Assembly: GCA_963664705.1 (NCBI GenBank)
Contig: OY761556.1
Location: 4,000,001 to 4,064,000 of the forward strand
DNA from: Acidobacteriota bacterium
GTDB taxonomy: Bacteria; Acidobacteriota; UBA6911
Direction of reading: 5' to 3'
Length of the DNA: 64,000 nucleotides
The stretch's first letter is position 1, and each line of letters starts with the position of its first letter. This document shows, piece by piece, positions 37,984 to 47,964 of the stretch. A program made the position numbers and the translations under genes. Below the pieces are notes generated by a model. It did no database searches. It worked only from the letters and a program-made list of their open reading frames with translations, and was not told the origin of the DNA.

Positions 37984-40900
37984 GTGTGGATAGTTAAAAT
38001 CGCGCTGCAGCGTCCCTATACGTTTGTCGTACTCGCCCTGTTGATCGTCGTTCTTGGCGGTATGGCTATTATCAATACGTCCAAAGACATTTTCCCCTAT
38101 ATCGATATCCCGGTTGCCACCGTAATCTGGAGCTACGGAGGACTCTCCCCGGAGGAGATGGCCAATCGGGTGCTGACGATACACGAGCGCGGCATGACCA
38201 CGGTCGTCAACGATATCGAGCACATGGAGTCGACCGCCTATAGCGGAATGGGGCTGATACGGATGTATTTTCAGCCGGGCGCAAAGATTGAGATGGCGAT
38301 CGCCCAGATCACGGCACTCTCCCAGACGATCTTAAGAACACTCCCGCCCGGTATGTTCCCACCCATGATCGTCAAGTACGATGCATCCAGCGTCCCGATT
38401 CTCCAACTGGGGATGAACAGTGACAGTCTTACCGAAGCGCAGATTTCCGATTACGGCAATAACTTTATCCGAACTCAGCTGGCCACGGTGCAAGGAGCAT
38501 CCGTGCCGATGCCATACGGCGGAAAAATGCGCACCATCATGGTGGACCTCGATCCCGAGGCCTTGTTTGCAAAAAGGGTTTCAGCCTCGGATGTTTCGAC
38601 GGCAATCAACCAGCAAAGCCTTATCCTGCCGGCAGGCACTGCAAAAATCGGCGACCGCGAGTTTTACGTGCGGATGAACAGCAGCACCGAGACAGTGCCC
38701 GCCATCAATGACCTTCCGATCAAAACGGTCAATGGGGCAACGCTCTATATCCGAGACGTCGCGCACGTGCGCGATGGAAACTCAGTACAAAACAATATCG
38801 TTCGAATGGATGGACGCCGTGCGGCACTGCTCACCGTGCTCAAGAACGGGGCAGCCTCAACACTGGATATCGTCCGCGAAATAAAGCATGAACTTCCGCG
38901 GGTCATGGCGGGATTGCCCAAAGAACTCCACATGACCGAACTGTTCGACCAATCTCTGTTTGTGCGTGCCGCTATCAACGACCTTGTCCGAGAAGCCTTG
39001 ATTGCAACGCTGCTGACCGGTCTCATGATCCTGCTTTTCCTCGGCAGCTGGCGCAGCACGCTGATTGTCTGCACATCCATACCGCTTTCGATCCTTACAT
39101 CGCTCGTAGTTCTGAGCGCCATGAACCAGACCATCAATGTGATGACGCTCGGGGGAATGGCGCTTGCCGTCGGAATCCTCGTAGACAACGCGACGGTAGC
39201 GATAGAAAACATGCACCGCAACCTGGCTCTCGGAAAGACGTTGACCCATGCAATCATGGACGGGATTCAGCAAATCGCGGTTCCGGTCTTTGTCTCAACG
39301 CTGGCCATATGCATTGTATTTGTGCCGGTGCTGCTTCTGAAAGGCGCTGCACGGTATCTTTTCACTCCGCTGGCACTGGCCGTGGTCTTTGCAATGATCG
39401 CCTCCTATCTTCTCTGCCTGACGCTTGTCCCCACGATGGTGCACTATATGCTGCCATCTGAAGTAGCCCTCTACCGCGAAGGAGAGAGAGGCAGTTCATC
39501 CAAAGGAATTCTGTGGATTATCCATGGTGGATTCCAGAAGCTCTTTGAGGGCATGCGCGGCGGCTACAGGCATGCGCTGGACTGGTGCCTCCGGCACAGG
39601 GCCATCGTGCTCTGCCTGTTTCTGCTCTTTTTTGCAGGATCGTTCCAGCTGGTTTTCATGGTTGGAGAGGACTTCTTCCCCTACGTGGATTCGGGCCAGA
39701 TGCGTTTGCATGTTTTGGCTCCGGAAGGAACCCGGATCGAGGAAACCGAACGCATTTTTGGCGAAGTGGAAAAAGAAATCCGCAATTCCATCCCGGCCGA
39801 TGAACTGAAAACAATTCTGGATAACATCGGCCTCCCGACTTCCGGCATAAACATGGCTTTCAGTGATATCTCTACAATCGGACCCGCCGATGGGGAAATC
39901 CTGATATCGCTTAAACCGGAAAAGAAGCGTCCGACTCAGGAATACGAGCGAATTTTGCGCGAAAGGCTGCGCGAAAAATTCCCCGAGGAGACCTTTTATT
40001 TCCAGGCCGCGAACATCACCAACCAGATTCTGAACTTCGGAATTCCCGCGCCTATCGACGTCCAGATAACCGGGCGAAATCTGAAAGCAAACTACCAGAT
40101 TGCCCAACTTATCGAGAGCAAGATCAAAAAAATCCGCGGTATAGCAGACGTGCGGCTGCGGCAGCAAATGAACAGCCCGACCGTCACCGTGGATGTGGAC
40201 CGCACCAAGGCCGGACAGGTGGGGCTGACCCAGCGTGATGTTGCCAACAGCATGTTGATTTCTCTCAGCGGCAGTGGACAGGTTGCGCCCAATCAATGGC
40301 TCAACCCGTTGACCGGTGTCACTTACTCCATCATGGCGCAAACGCCTCAATACCGATTGGATTCGTTCGAAGCACTGAAGCGCACGCCAGTAAGCACCAC
40401 CGGAACGGCCGCCCCGCAGCTTCTGCAAAACCTTGCACAGGTCGGACGATCGACAACCATGTCGATCGTCAATCATTACAATGTCCAGCCGGTCTTTGAT
40501 GTTTATGCCGGCAATGATCAGCGTGATCTTGGCGGAGTTGCCGAAGATGTTAACCGCATTGTAAAGGAAGTGGAGCCGAAGCTCCCTCCCGGCGCATCCA
40601 TTAAAGTCCGAGGGCAGGTTGAAACCATGCAAACGTCCTTCCTCAATCTGGGCTTCGGACTTCTGTTTGCCATTTTGCTTGTATATCTGCTCATGGTCGT
40701 AACGTTTCAGTCATGGCTGGACCCATTCATTATATTGATGGCAATCCCCGGAACGCTTTCGGGAATTCTCTGGATGCTGTTTGTCACAGGAACCACACTG
40801 AACGTCCCGTCGCTAATGGGATGCATCATGTCCATCGGAGTGGGAACCGCCAACAGCATCCTGCTTGTAGTTTTTGCTAATGACCTTCGCCGCGATCAGT

Positions 40901-41172
40901 TTGCGGGAGCGAAGGAGGCTGCGCTTACCGCAGGATTCATCCGTCTGCGCCCGGTGCTGATGACCGCCATGGCAATGATCGTCGGCATGCTCCCGATGGC
41001 GCTTGCCTATGGCGAAGGCGGAGAACAGAACGCTCCGCTGGGTCGCGCCGTGATCGGTGGACTTATCATGGCAACCATAACAACCCTGTTCTTTGTACCA
41101 ATCATCTACAGCTACCTGCGTCGGAAAGCTCCATCGGATCTGGACAAGAGAATTGTGGAAGAGCTGAAATAG
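37984..41172 (+). CDS. RND efflux transporter permease (AcrB/NolG family)
   Basis: DIFPYIDIP, SIPLS, LAVGILVDNATVAIEN, RLRPVLMT, PLGRAVIGGL; GTG start at 37984. Confidence 0.95.
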   Translation: MWIVKIALQRPYTFVVLALLIVVLGGMAIINTSKDIFPYIDIPVATVIWSYGGLSPEEMANRVLTIHERGMTTVVNDIEHMESTAYSGMGLIRMYFQPGAKIEMAIAQITALSQTILRTLPPGMFPPMIVKYDASSVPILQLGMNSDSLTEAQISDYGNNFIRTQLATVQGASVPMPYGGKMRTIMVDLDPEALFAKRVSASDVSTAINQQSLILPAGTAKIGDREFYVRMNSSTETVPAINDLPIKTVNGATLYIRDVAHVRDGNSVQNNIVRMDGRRAALLTVLKNGAASTLDIVREIKHELPRVMAGLPKELHMTELFDQSLFVRAAINDLVREALIATLLTGLMILLFLGSWRSTLIVCTSIPLSILTSLVVLSAMNQTINVMTLGGMALAVGILVDNATVAIENMHRNLALGKTLTHAIMDGIQQIAVPVFVSTLAICIVFVPVLLLKGAARYLFTPLALAVVFAMIASYLLCLTLVPTMVHYMLPSEVALYREGERGSSSKGILWIIHGGFQKLFEGMRGGYRHALDWCLRHRAIVLCLFLLFFAGSFQLVFMVGEDFFPYVDSGQMRLHVLAPEGTRIEETERIFGEVEKEIRNSIPADELKTILDNIGLPTSGINMAFSDISTIGPADGEILISLKPEKKRPTQEYERILRERLREKFPEETFYFQAANITNQILNFGIPAPIDVQITGRNLKANYQIAQLIESKIKKIRGIADVRLRQQMNSPTVTVDVDRTKAGQVGLTQRDVANSMLISLSGSGQVAPNQWLNPLTGVTYSIMAQTPQYRLDSFEALKRTPVSTTGTAAPQLLQNLAQVGRSTTMSIVNHYNVQPVFDVYAGNDQRDLGGVAEDVNRIVKEVEPKLPPGASIKVRGQVETMQTSFLNLGFGLLFAILLVYLLMVVTFQSWLDPFIILMAIPGTLSGILWMLFVTGTTLNVPSLMGCIMSIGVGTANSILLVVFANDLRRDQFAGAKEAALTAGFIRLRPVLMTAMAMIVGMLPMALAYGEGGEQNAPLGRAVIGGLIMATITTLFFVPIIYSYLRRKAPSDLDKRIVEELK

Positions 41173-41178
41173 AATTTG

Positions 41179-42552
41179 ATGAGCGCGTCTATACCGCGCG
41201 AGATACAAAACATGAATGAAGAAAAGAAATCATCCCCCCTGCGGATAACGATGATCGTCGGCATTATCCTGCTGGCAGTTATTGCCCTCTTTGCCTTTGG
41301 ATATCAACGGTACCGCAATCGTCAGCATGTGGTCGAGGCTTCGGCCGTGCGTGCGGAAAACACTATCCCGACCGTTAGCGTGGCCAAGATCCGCCGCGCA
41401 TCGAAAACGACGGCATTGACACTTCCTGGAAATACCATGCCTCTGACGGAAGCTTCTATTTATGCCCGCGCATCGGGCTATGTGAAGCAGCGGCTAGTGG
41501 ATATCGGCGACCGCGTCAAACAGGGCCAGCTGTTGGCCGAGATCGAAGCTCCCGAACTGGATCAACAGGTTGCCCAGGCGAAAGCTGCGGTAGCTCAAGC
41601 CGAAAGGCAACATGAGCAAACCAAAGCGGACTTGAACGAAGCTCGGGCCAGGATGGAGCTTGCCCGGATCACCTGGGATAGATACCGGGTACTGGTCGAG
41701 CATGGTGCGATTTCGCGCCAGGAAGGCGATCAGCAGCAAACGAACTTCCGAAGCACCTCCGCCGCGGTGAATTCGATTGAAGCCCGCATCGGCTCGGCGG
41801 AACAGAACGTTCAAGCCACACGCGCCAGCCTCGATCGCCTGATTACGCTGCAGAGCTTCGAAAAGGTCCGCGCTCCTTTTGATGGAATTATCACGGTTCG
41901 CAACTTTGACGCGGGAGCCCTGATTTCCGGCTCCGGCGGCAGCCTTGGGCTGGGCATCGGCATGGGTCCCGGAGGCGCTTCCGCCAGTTCTGCGGGCGCA
42001 CAAGGATCCGAATTATTTCGAATTGCGCAGATCGGCGTATTGAGGGTCCTGGTCAACATCCCGGAGGTCAATGCCCCGGCGATACACTCAGGACAAATTG
42101 CCAATATCCAAACCCAGGCCTTTCCGAACCGCAAGTTCCAGGGCCGTATTGTCCGGACGGCAAATGCTATTGATGTCAGTTCCCGCACCATGCTGACCGA
42201 AATCCAGGTATCCAATCCCGGCAGTCAATTGCTGCCCGGCATGTTTGTTCAGGTTCAGCTGGAAAACACGCGCTTGGAGCCGCCCTTCATAATCCCTGGT
42301 GACAGCCTGATTACCTCCAGCAAGGGACTCCGGGTAGCGGTTGCTGCGGACCTGCCGGCCGACACCGCCAGATCACACTCGCAGGATGCCCGGCAGGTGC
42401 ACCTGAAGCCTATTCAGATCGGGAATGACAGCGGGCTGGAAATCGAGATTCTCGGCGGGTTGGACGGCACAGAAGATCTGATCGTCAACCCGGGAGACGA
42501 TACCGTGGAGGGAGCTGTGGTCCGCCCGGTCCGCAAAGCCGGCGCGAAATAG
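41179..42552 (+). CDS. RND periplasmic adaptor (membrane fusion protein)
   Basis: ARASGYV..VDIGDRVKQGQLLAEI, coiled coil, VRAPFDGII, LLPGMFV; start may be 41212. Confidence 0.93.
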   Translation: MSASIPREIQNMNEEKKSSPLRITMIVGIILLAVIALFAFGYQRYRNRQHVVEASAVRAENTIPTVSVAKIRRASKTTALTLPGNTMPLTEASIYARASGYVKQRLVDIGDRVKQGQLLAEIEAPELDQQVAQAKAAVAQAERQHEQTKADLNEARARMELARITWDRYRVLVEHGAISRQEGDQQQTNFRSTSAAVNSIEARIGSAEQNVQATRASLDRLITLQSFEKVRAPFDGIITVRNFDAGALISGSGGSLGLGIGMGPGGASASSAGAQGSELFRIAQIGVLRVLVNIPEVNAPAIHSGQIANIQTQAFPNRKFQGRIVRTANAIDVSSRTMLTEIQVSNPGSQLLPGMFVQVQLENTRLEPPFIIPGDSLITSSKGLRVAVAADLPADTARSHSQDARQVHLKPIQIGNDSGLEIEILGGLDGTEDLIVNPGDDTVEGAVVRPVRKAGAK

Positions 42553-42615
42553 CGCGATGGTCGACTTCATAAAACGCATGACGATTCCGTAACATCCGGA
42601 GCAGCAGGTCCCAAT

Positions 42616-44526
42616 ATGTTCGTACGCAAAAAACCAATCCTGATTACTTGTCTGATTCTCTTCCCGTGGATAGCCTCCGCCCAAACAGAGGCGGATCGTG
42701 GATCGCTTTGGGAGCGATGGCATCGCTCCTATGAAGCCAGGGAGGCCCCGCCGGTTTCTTTTGAGAATTCCTCACGCATTGAAGGGCTTATCAGCAAAGG
42801 CAAACTGACCCTTTCGCTGGAAGATGCCATTGAGCTCGCGCTTGAGAACAATCTCGATGTGGAACTGCAGCGCTTTAACCGATCCATTGCATCGACAGAC
42901 CTGCTGCGGACCAACGGAGGAGGAACACTGCGTGGATTCTCATTTTCCATCAATGAAATTCCGGCAGGAGTGGGAGGCCCTTCCAGCCCGATATTGAATC
43001 TGCCGGCAACGGGTTCTCCTTCTTCAAGCGCAGTTTCCACGAGCATACCCGAAATCAGCTCCATTATTGCCTCATCATCCAGTGCGGTCATTACAGGATC
43101 GATACCGTTGTCCAGCGGCCCGGCCATTCCGAATTTCGAGCCGACTCTATCGGGAGCCTTAAACTTTCAACACCAGAATACGGCTCAAACCAGCCTGGCT
43201 GTAAGTGGCAGTGATATGCTGACCGGCCGTTCTTCGTCGGGCAACATGGGATTTCAGAAGGCCTTCTCCACGGGAGCTTTGTTCAGCGCGGCATATAACG
43301 TGAACTCCGTGAAGAACAACTCGATGAATACCTTCTATAATCCATTCACTCTATCCAATTTCTCCGTGAACCTTTCGCAACCGCTGCTGCGCGGATTCGG
43401 AAGCGAGGTTAACCGACGTTTTGTCCGCATCGCAAAAAACAATCAATCGGTCAGTGATCTTGTATTCAAGCAGCAGGTGATTGCAACAGTGGCCGGCGTC
43501 ATCCGTTTATATTTCGATCTTGTAACACTTCAGGAAGACGTCCAGGTCAAACGTCAGACGCTGGAACTCGTCCAGAAGCTGTATAGCGACAACCAAGCCA
43601 AAGTGGATCAGGGGGTATTGGCTCCCATTGAATTGGTGCGCGCGCAGGCACAGATGGCCTCAAGCCGTCAGGACCTGGCAAATTCGGAAGGATTTGAACT
43701 GCAGCAGGAGTTGGTCCTCAAGAATGTTCTTACGCGCCGCGGGACAGCGGATTCATCGATCCGGGATGCCAGCATCGTCCCGACAACAGCAATCGCAATC
43801 CCTGCCCGAGAGGATACCCAGCCGATTCAGGAGATGATATCTATCGCCTATAAAAATCGCCCTGAATTGCGCGAAGGGCAATTACAGCTGGAAAATTCCG
43901 AAATTGCGCTCAAAGGAGCCAAAAGCGCGCTGCGTCCGCAACTCGACCTGGTTTTCTCGGCCCAGAACGCCAGTCTCGCCGGCTATGCAAATCCAAGGTG
44001 GCCGGGCGCGGCCTTCAGCGATACATCCGGGCTGGGAGGATTGGGGACATCATTCCTGAATCTGCTCCAATCCGCAAAACCAAGCTATGGGGTTGGACTG
44101 CAGCTCAGCCTCCCCCTTCATAACAGCATCGCCGAAGCCGATTATGCCCGTGATGCGATTCAGTTCCGCCAGACACAGATTCGTTTTCAGCAGCTTCAAA
44201 ATCAGGTCCGCGCAGAGGTTGAATCCGCTCTCATCGCCGTAAATCGCTCGCGCGGCGCCTATGATGCCGCAGTGGAAGCACGGAAGCTCCAGGAACAGTC
44301 TTTGAAGATCGAGACGGAGAAGTATGAAAATGGAGTCTCCACAAACCTTCTTGTCATGCAGTACCAGAGCTACCTGGCGCAGGCACGCTCGACTGAAGTC
44401 GCTGCCAGGAGCGTGTATGCCAAGGCCAAAACATCTCTGGAGCGGGCTCTCGGCCTGACACTGGATTCCCACAACATTTCTCTCGACGAGACTCGTCAAA
44501 ATCGTTCCGGAGAAAAGATAAAATAG
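42616..44526 (+). CDS. TolC family outer-membrane channel
   Basis: LSLEDAIELALENNLD, SQPLLRGFG, NRPEL, KYENGVST, LAQAR; third gene of the RND operon. Confidence 0.9.
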   Translation: MFVRKKPILITCLILFPWIASAQTEADRGSLWERWHRSYEAREAPPVSFENSSRIEGLISKGKLTLSLEDAIELALENNLDVELQRFNRSIASTDLLRTNGGGTLRGFSFSINEIPAGVGGPSSPILNLPATGSPSSSAVSTSIPEISSIIASSSSAVITGSIPLSSGPAIPNFEPTLSGALNFQHQNTAQTSLAVSGSDMLTGRSSSGNMGFQKAFSTGALFSAAYNVNSVKNNSMNTFYNPFTLSNFSVNLSQPLLRGFGSEVNRRFVRIAKNNQSVSDLVFKQQVIATVAGVIRLYFDLVTLQEDVQVKRQTLELVQKLYSDNQAKVDQGVLAPIELVRAQAQMASSRQDLANSEGFELQQELVLKNVLTRRGTADSSIRDASIVPTTAIAIPAREDTQPIQEMISIAYKNRPELREGQLQLENSEIALKGAKSALRPQLDLVFSAQNASLAGYANPRWPGAAFSDTSGLGGLGTSFLNLLQSAKPSYGVGLQLSLPLHNSIAEADYARDAIQFRQTQIRFQQLQNQVRAEVESALIAVNRSRGAYDAAVEARKLQEQSLKIETEKYENGVSTNLLVMQYQSYLAQARSTEVAARSVYAKAKTSLERALGLTLDSHNISLDETRQNRSGEKIK

Positions 44527-44540
44527 GTACTATTTGCGGC

Positions 44541-45869
44541 ATGGGGGAACAGGATCCGCGCTTATCCAGGACTTTTCACATACTGGCCAAACCGGCCGGA
44601 CCAATCTGTGATCTGAACTGCAGTTATTGCTACTATCTCGAGAAGGAAAAACTCTATCCCGGTAAGCTGCAACTGCGCGACTGGCGCATGCCGGAAGATG
44701 TGTTGGAAAGCTACATCCGTCAATACATCGAATCGCAACCGGGCACAACCATCAGTTTTGCCTGGCAGGGCGGAGAGCCAACCCTCCTGGGAGTGGATTA
44801 CTTTCGCCGCATTGTGGCGCTTCAACAAAAATATGCCAATGGCAGACAAATCGAAAACACACTCCAGACAAACGGCGTTCTGCTGGATGATCGCTGGGGA
44901 GAGTTTCTCGCCCGCAACAGCTTCCTTGTCGGACTGTCCATCGATGGACCGGCGCAGATTCACAACCGGTATCGCCGGGACAAGGGTGGTGCGGCAACCT
45001 TTGAGAAGGTCCTGCGAGGCCTTGGATACCTCAAGAAAAACGGTGTGGATTTCAACACGCTGACGGTGGTTCAAAAAGACAACTCCCATGCACCGTTGGA
45101 GGTTTACCGTTTTCTGAAGGAGATCGGCAGCAGGTTTATTCAGTTCATACCAGCCGTGGAACGCATTGCCGCTCAGCCGGGGCCGGAAGGCATGTCGCTG
45201 ATACCGCCCGATGCTACTTTACCCGCTTCGGTTTCGGAATGGTCCGTTGAACCATTGCAGTGGGGAGAGTTCTACTGTTCCATTTTTGATGAATGGGTCC
45301 GGAACGACGTCGGGAAAACTTATGTCCAGATTTTTGATGTGGCATTATCCGCATGGTTTGCCACAGAACCGATACTGTGCGTCTTTCAACGCTCCTGCGG
45401 AACAGCACTGGTAGTGGAGCATAACGGCGATCTGTACTCCTGCGATCATTTTGTTTATCCCCGAAATAAGCTGGGCAATATTTTGGACCATTCCATCGCC
45501 GAGCTCGCACACTCGCCGGACCAAATCCGCTTCGGACAGGACAAATCGGAACGATTGCCGGGACAGTGCAAAGAATGCAAATTCCTGTTTGCCTGCAATG
45601 GAGAGTGCCCCAAGCATCGTTTTGTCAAAACAAGTACTGAAGAATACCCTTTGAATTACCTGTGCCCCGGATACAAGCGCTTCTTCGGGCACATAGCCCC
45701 CTATATGGACTACATGGCTGCTGAACTCCGCGAGGAAAGGCCGCCATCCAATGTCATGGCCTGGATCCGCAATCGCGACCGGGGTATTCGTGATGGCAGA
45801 CAAACGGGCAGAAATGATTCCTGTCCGTGCGGTAGTGGCAGAAAATATAAACGCTGCTGCGGCAGGTAG
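44541..45869 (+). CDS. Anaerobic sulfatase maturase (radical SAM/SPASM) with C-terminal SEC-C motif
   Basis: KPAGPICDLNCSYCYY, WQGGEPTL, QTNG, GDLYSCDHF, CKEC..CNGECPKHR, GRNDSCPCGSGRKYKRCCG. Confidence 0.93.
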   Translation: MGEQDPRLSRTFHILAKPAGPICDLNCSYCYYLEKEKLYPGKLQLRDWRMPEDVLESYIRQYIESQPGTTISFAWQGGEPTLLGVDYFRRIVALQQKYANGRQIENTLQTNGVLLDDRWGEFLARNSFLVGLSIDGPAQIHNRYRRDKGGAATFEKVLRGLGYLKKNGVDFNTLTVVQKDNSHAPLEVYRFLKEIGSRFIQFIPAVERIAAQPGPEGMSLIPPDATLPASVSEWSVEPLQWGEFYCSIFDEWVRNDVGKTYVQIFDVALSAWFATEPILCVFQRSCGTALVVEHNGDLYSCDHFVYPRNKLGNILDHSIAELAHSPDQIRFGQDKSERLPGQCKECKFLFACNGECPKHRFVKTSTEEYPLNYLCPGYKRFFGHIAPYMDYMAAELREERPPSNVMAWIRNRDRGIRDGRQTGRNDSCPCGSGRKYKRCCGR

Positions 45870-45935
45870 GAAACAACGTGGAAGCGCGGAGGCTCGAAGA
45901 AATACTCCAAGCCTCCGCAAATCGCAAATCCTCAA

Positions 45936-47342
45936 TTACTTCGTTTTTGCGTTATAGTGATCGGCCAATTGGTCCGCAGTCCAGCCCGCAGAGGCGGCTT
46001 TTGGATCCTCCGGCAGCATGGTCGCGTTCCATGCTGCATAATCGGCCGCCAGCCTTTTGTACACTTCAGGCTGCACGTCCTTCAGGTTGGCTCTTTCCAG
46101 CGGATCATCAACGACATTAAACAGAAATGTATTGTTCCCCATCTGGAGCCATTTCATATCTCCATCCCGGACCGCCCGCTGTTCGTTGAATTTGTAACGC
46201 CAGTACAGCTTTCGCCGTACAGGGGCTCCATTCTTGACCAGCACGGGAGCCAGGCTCACACCGTCGGAAGGATAATCCGGATCAGGGCGCGTTCCGGCCA
46301 GCTCAAGCAGCGTCGGCGCCCAGTCCATTGTAATGGCCACCTGGTCGGTAACGCTGCCCGGACGGATATGGCCCGGCCAATGCACCAGCGCAGGGACCCG
46401 CAGCCCGCCTTCCAGCAATTCGGTTTTCATGCCGGTAAAGGGCCAGCGGTCAGAAAAGCGCTCCCCGCCATTGTCACTGGTAAAAATGACGATCGTCCGG
46501 TCCGCTATGCCACTGGATTTCAATGTCTGGATCACACGGCCGATCTGCAAATCCAACTGCCCAACCATCTGCGCATAGGTTTTCTGCGAACCTCCATCCA
46601 GGTGATACAACGAACGCAGATTTTTGGAGACCTCCTCATCCCCAGGCCCTTCCCATGGCCAGTGCGGCGCATTGAAATGCAGGCTGAGGAAGAAAGGCTT
46701 CTTACCTTTTGCATAGTCGCTGATGACCTTTACCGCGCGATCTCCCAACAGATCCGTAAGGTAGCCTTTCGGCTCAATTCTCTGATCGTCGTCCCAGAGA
46801 TCGGTGGGATCTTCCTTCTTCGTACCGAATTTGTGCGAGAAATAATCCACCCCGCCTCCGCGGAACCCCCAGAAATGATCGTAGCCGCATTTCGTCGGAA
46901 GATATTCCGGCGAACTCCCCAAATGCCATTTCCCGATCAGGGTTGTTCCATAGCCGGCCTTTTTCAGAATTGATGGCAGCGTCGGATGCCCTTTCGGAAT
47001 GCCGACCTCTTTCATGCCCAGCGGCTCCTCCAGTCCGACCGGAATCCGGTACTGATACCGGCCCGTAATCAAAGCGGTTCGAGTCGCCGAGCACACGGAT
47101 GAATTGGCATAAGCCTGCGTAAACTTCATCCCCCCGGCAGCCAGCCGATCGAGATTGGGAGTTTTATAGTCGCGCCGACCGTAGCAGGAAAGGTCGGCAT
47201 ACCCCAGATCATCCGCCACGATGAACACAATGTTCGGCGGCGGTTCGGCGGCATTGGCCTGAAGGTTCCTGCTTAATGAAAAAACTACCGGAGCTGCCGC
47301 GGCTTTGAGAACATCCCGCCGCGTAATTGACGACTTGATCAC
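45936..47342 (-). CDS. Tat-exported Cys-type sulfatase
   Basis: TRRDVLK Tat motif, PNIVFIVADDLG, CSATR (FGly motif) ALITGRY, GKWHLG, FTSDNG; AGGAGG RBS. Confidence 0.93.
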   Translation of the reverse strand: MIKSSITRRDVLKAAAAPVVFSLSRNLQANAAEPPPNIVFIVADDLGYADLSCYGRRDYKTPNLDRLAAGGMKFTQAYANSSVCSATRTALITGRYQYRIPVGLEEPLGMKEVGIPKGHPTLPSILKKAGYGTTLIGKWHLGSSPEYLPTKCGYDHFWGFRGGGVDYFSHKFGTKKEDPTDLWDDDQRIEPKGYLTDLLGDRAVKVISDYAKGKKPFFLSLHFNAPHWPWEGPGDEEVSKNLRSLYHLDGGSQKTYAQMVGQLDLQIGRVIQTLKSSGIADRTIVIFTSDNGGERFSDRWPFTGMKTELLEGGLRVPALVHWPGHIRPGSVTDQVAITMDWAPTLLELAGTRPDPDYPSDGVSLAPVLVKNGAPVRRKLYWRYKFNEQRAVRDGDMKWLQMGNNTFLFNVVDDPLERANLKDVQPEVYKRLAADYAAWNATMLPEDPKAASAGWTADQLADHYNAKTK

Positions 47343-47417
47343 GATGCCTCCTGTTTGTTTTGCGTTCGATTGTAGTGAAAAAAGGCGGGAATTGCGAGCG
47401 GTGTGTGGAAGGAAAAA

Positions 47418-47448
47418 GCGGGATTTTCGGCTGATATGAAAATCCCGC
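47418..47448 (-). terminator. Rho-independent terminator after leuD
   Basis: GCGGGATTTTC...GAAAATCCCGC with an A-tract at 47413-47417 (U-tract on the minus strand). Confidence 0.75.
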
Positions 47449-47469
47449 CCTTTGATGACTATCGGCCGG

Positions 47470-47964
47470 CTACTTCATCAGCCCCTTCTGCACATACTCC
47501 ATCAAGCCGCCCGCAGCAATCAACTCCTGCATGAAAGGCGGAATCGGCTTTGAAACATATTGGCGATCCAACGTGACATTCTTGATCTGCCCGGTCGCGG
47601 TATCGACGCTCAGCACGTGGCCGGTTTGCGCCTCCGCGATTGCCGAGGGGCACTCCATAATGGTCAGCCCGATGTTGAAGGCGTTGCGATAGAAGATGCG
47701 CGCGTAGCTCTCGGCCACCACACATCCGATCCCCGCAGCTTTGATTGCCAGCGGAGCATGTTCACGGGAAGACCCGCACCCAAAATTCTTGCCCGCAACG
47801 ATAATGTCGCCAGGCTTGGCCTTTGCCGGAAATTCGGGATCCGCATCTTCCATCACATGCGCGGCCAGTTCCTTCGCGTCGCTCGTATTGAGATAACGAG
47901 CCGGGATAATTTCATCGGTGTTGACATCATCGCCGAATTTAAAAATCGTTCCTGTGATTATCAC
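47470..47964 (-). CDS. leuD: 3-isopropylmalate dehydratase small subunit (LeuD type 2/HacB-like)
   Basis: DDVNTDEIIPARYL, NFGCGSSREHA, ARIFYRNAFNIG, GGL. Confidence 0.9.
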   Translation of the reverse strand: MIITGTIFKFGDDVNTDEIIPARYLNTSDAKELAAHVMEDADPEFPAKAKPGDIIVAGKNFGCGSSREHAPLAIKAAGIGCVVAESYARIFYRNAFNIGLTIMECPSAIAEAQTGHVLSVDTATGQIKNVTLDRQYVSKPIPPFMQELIAAGGLMEYVQKGLMK

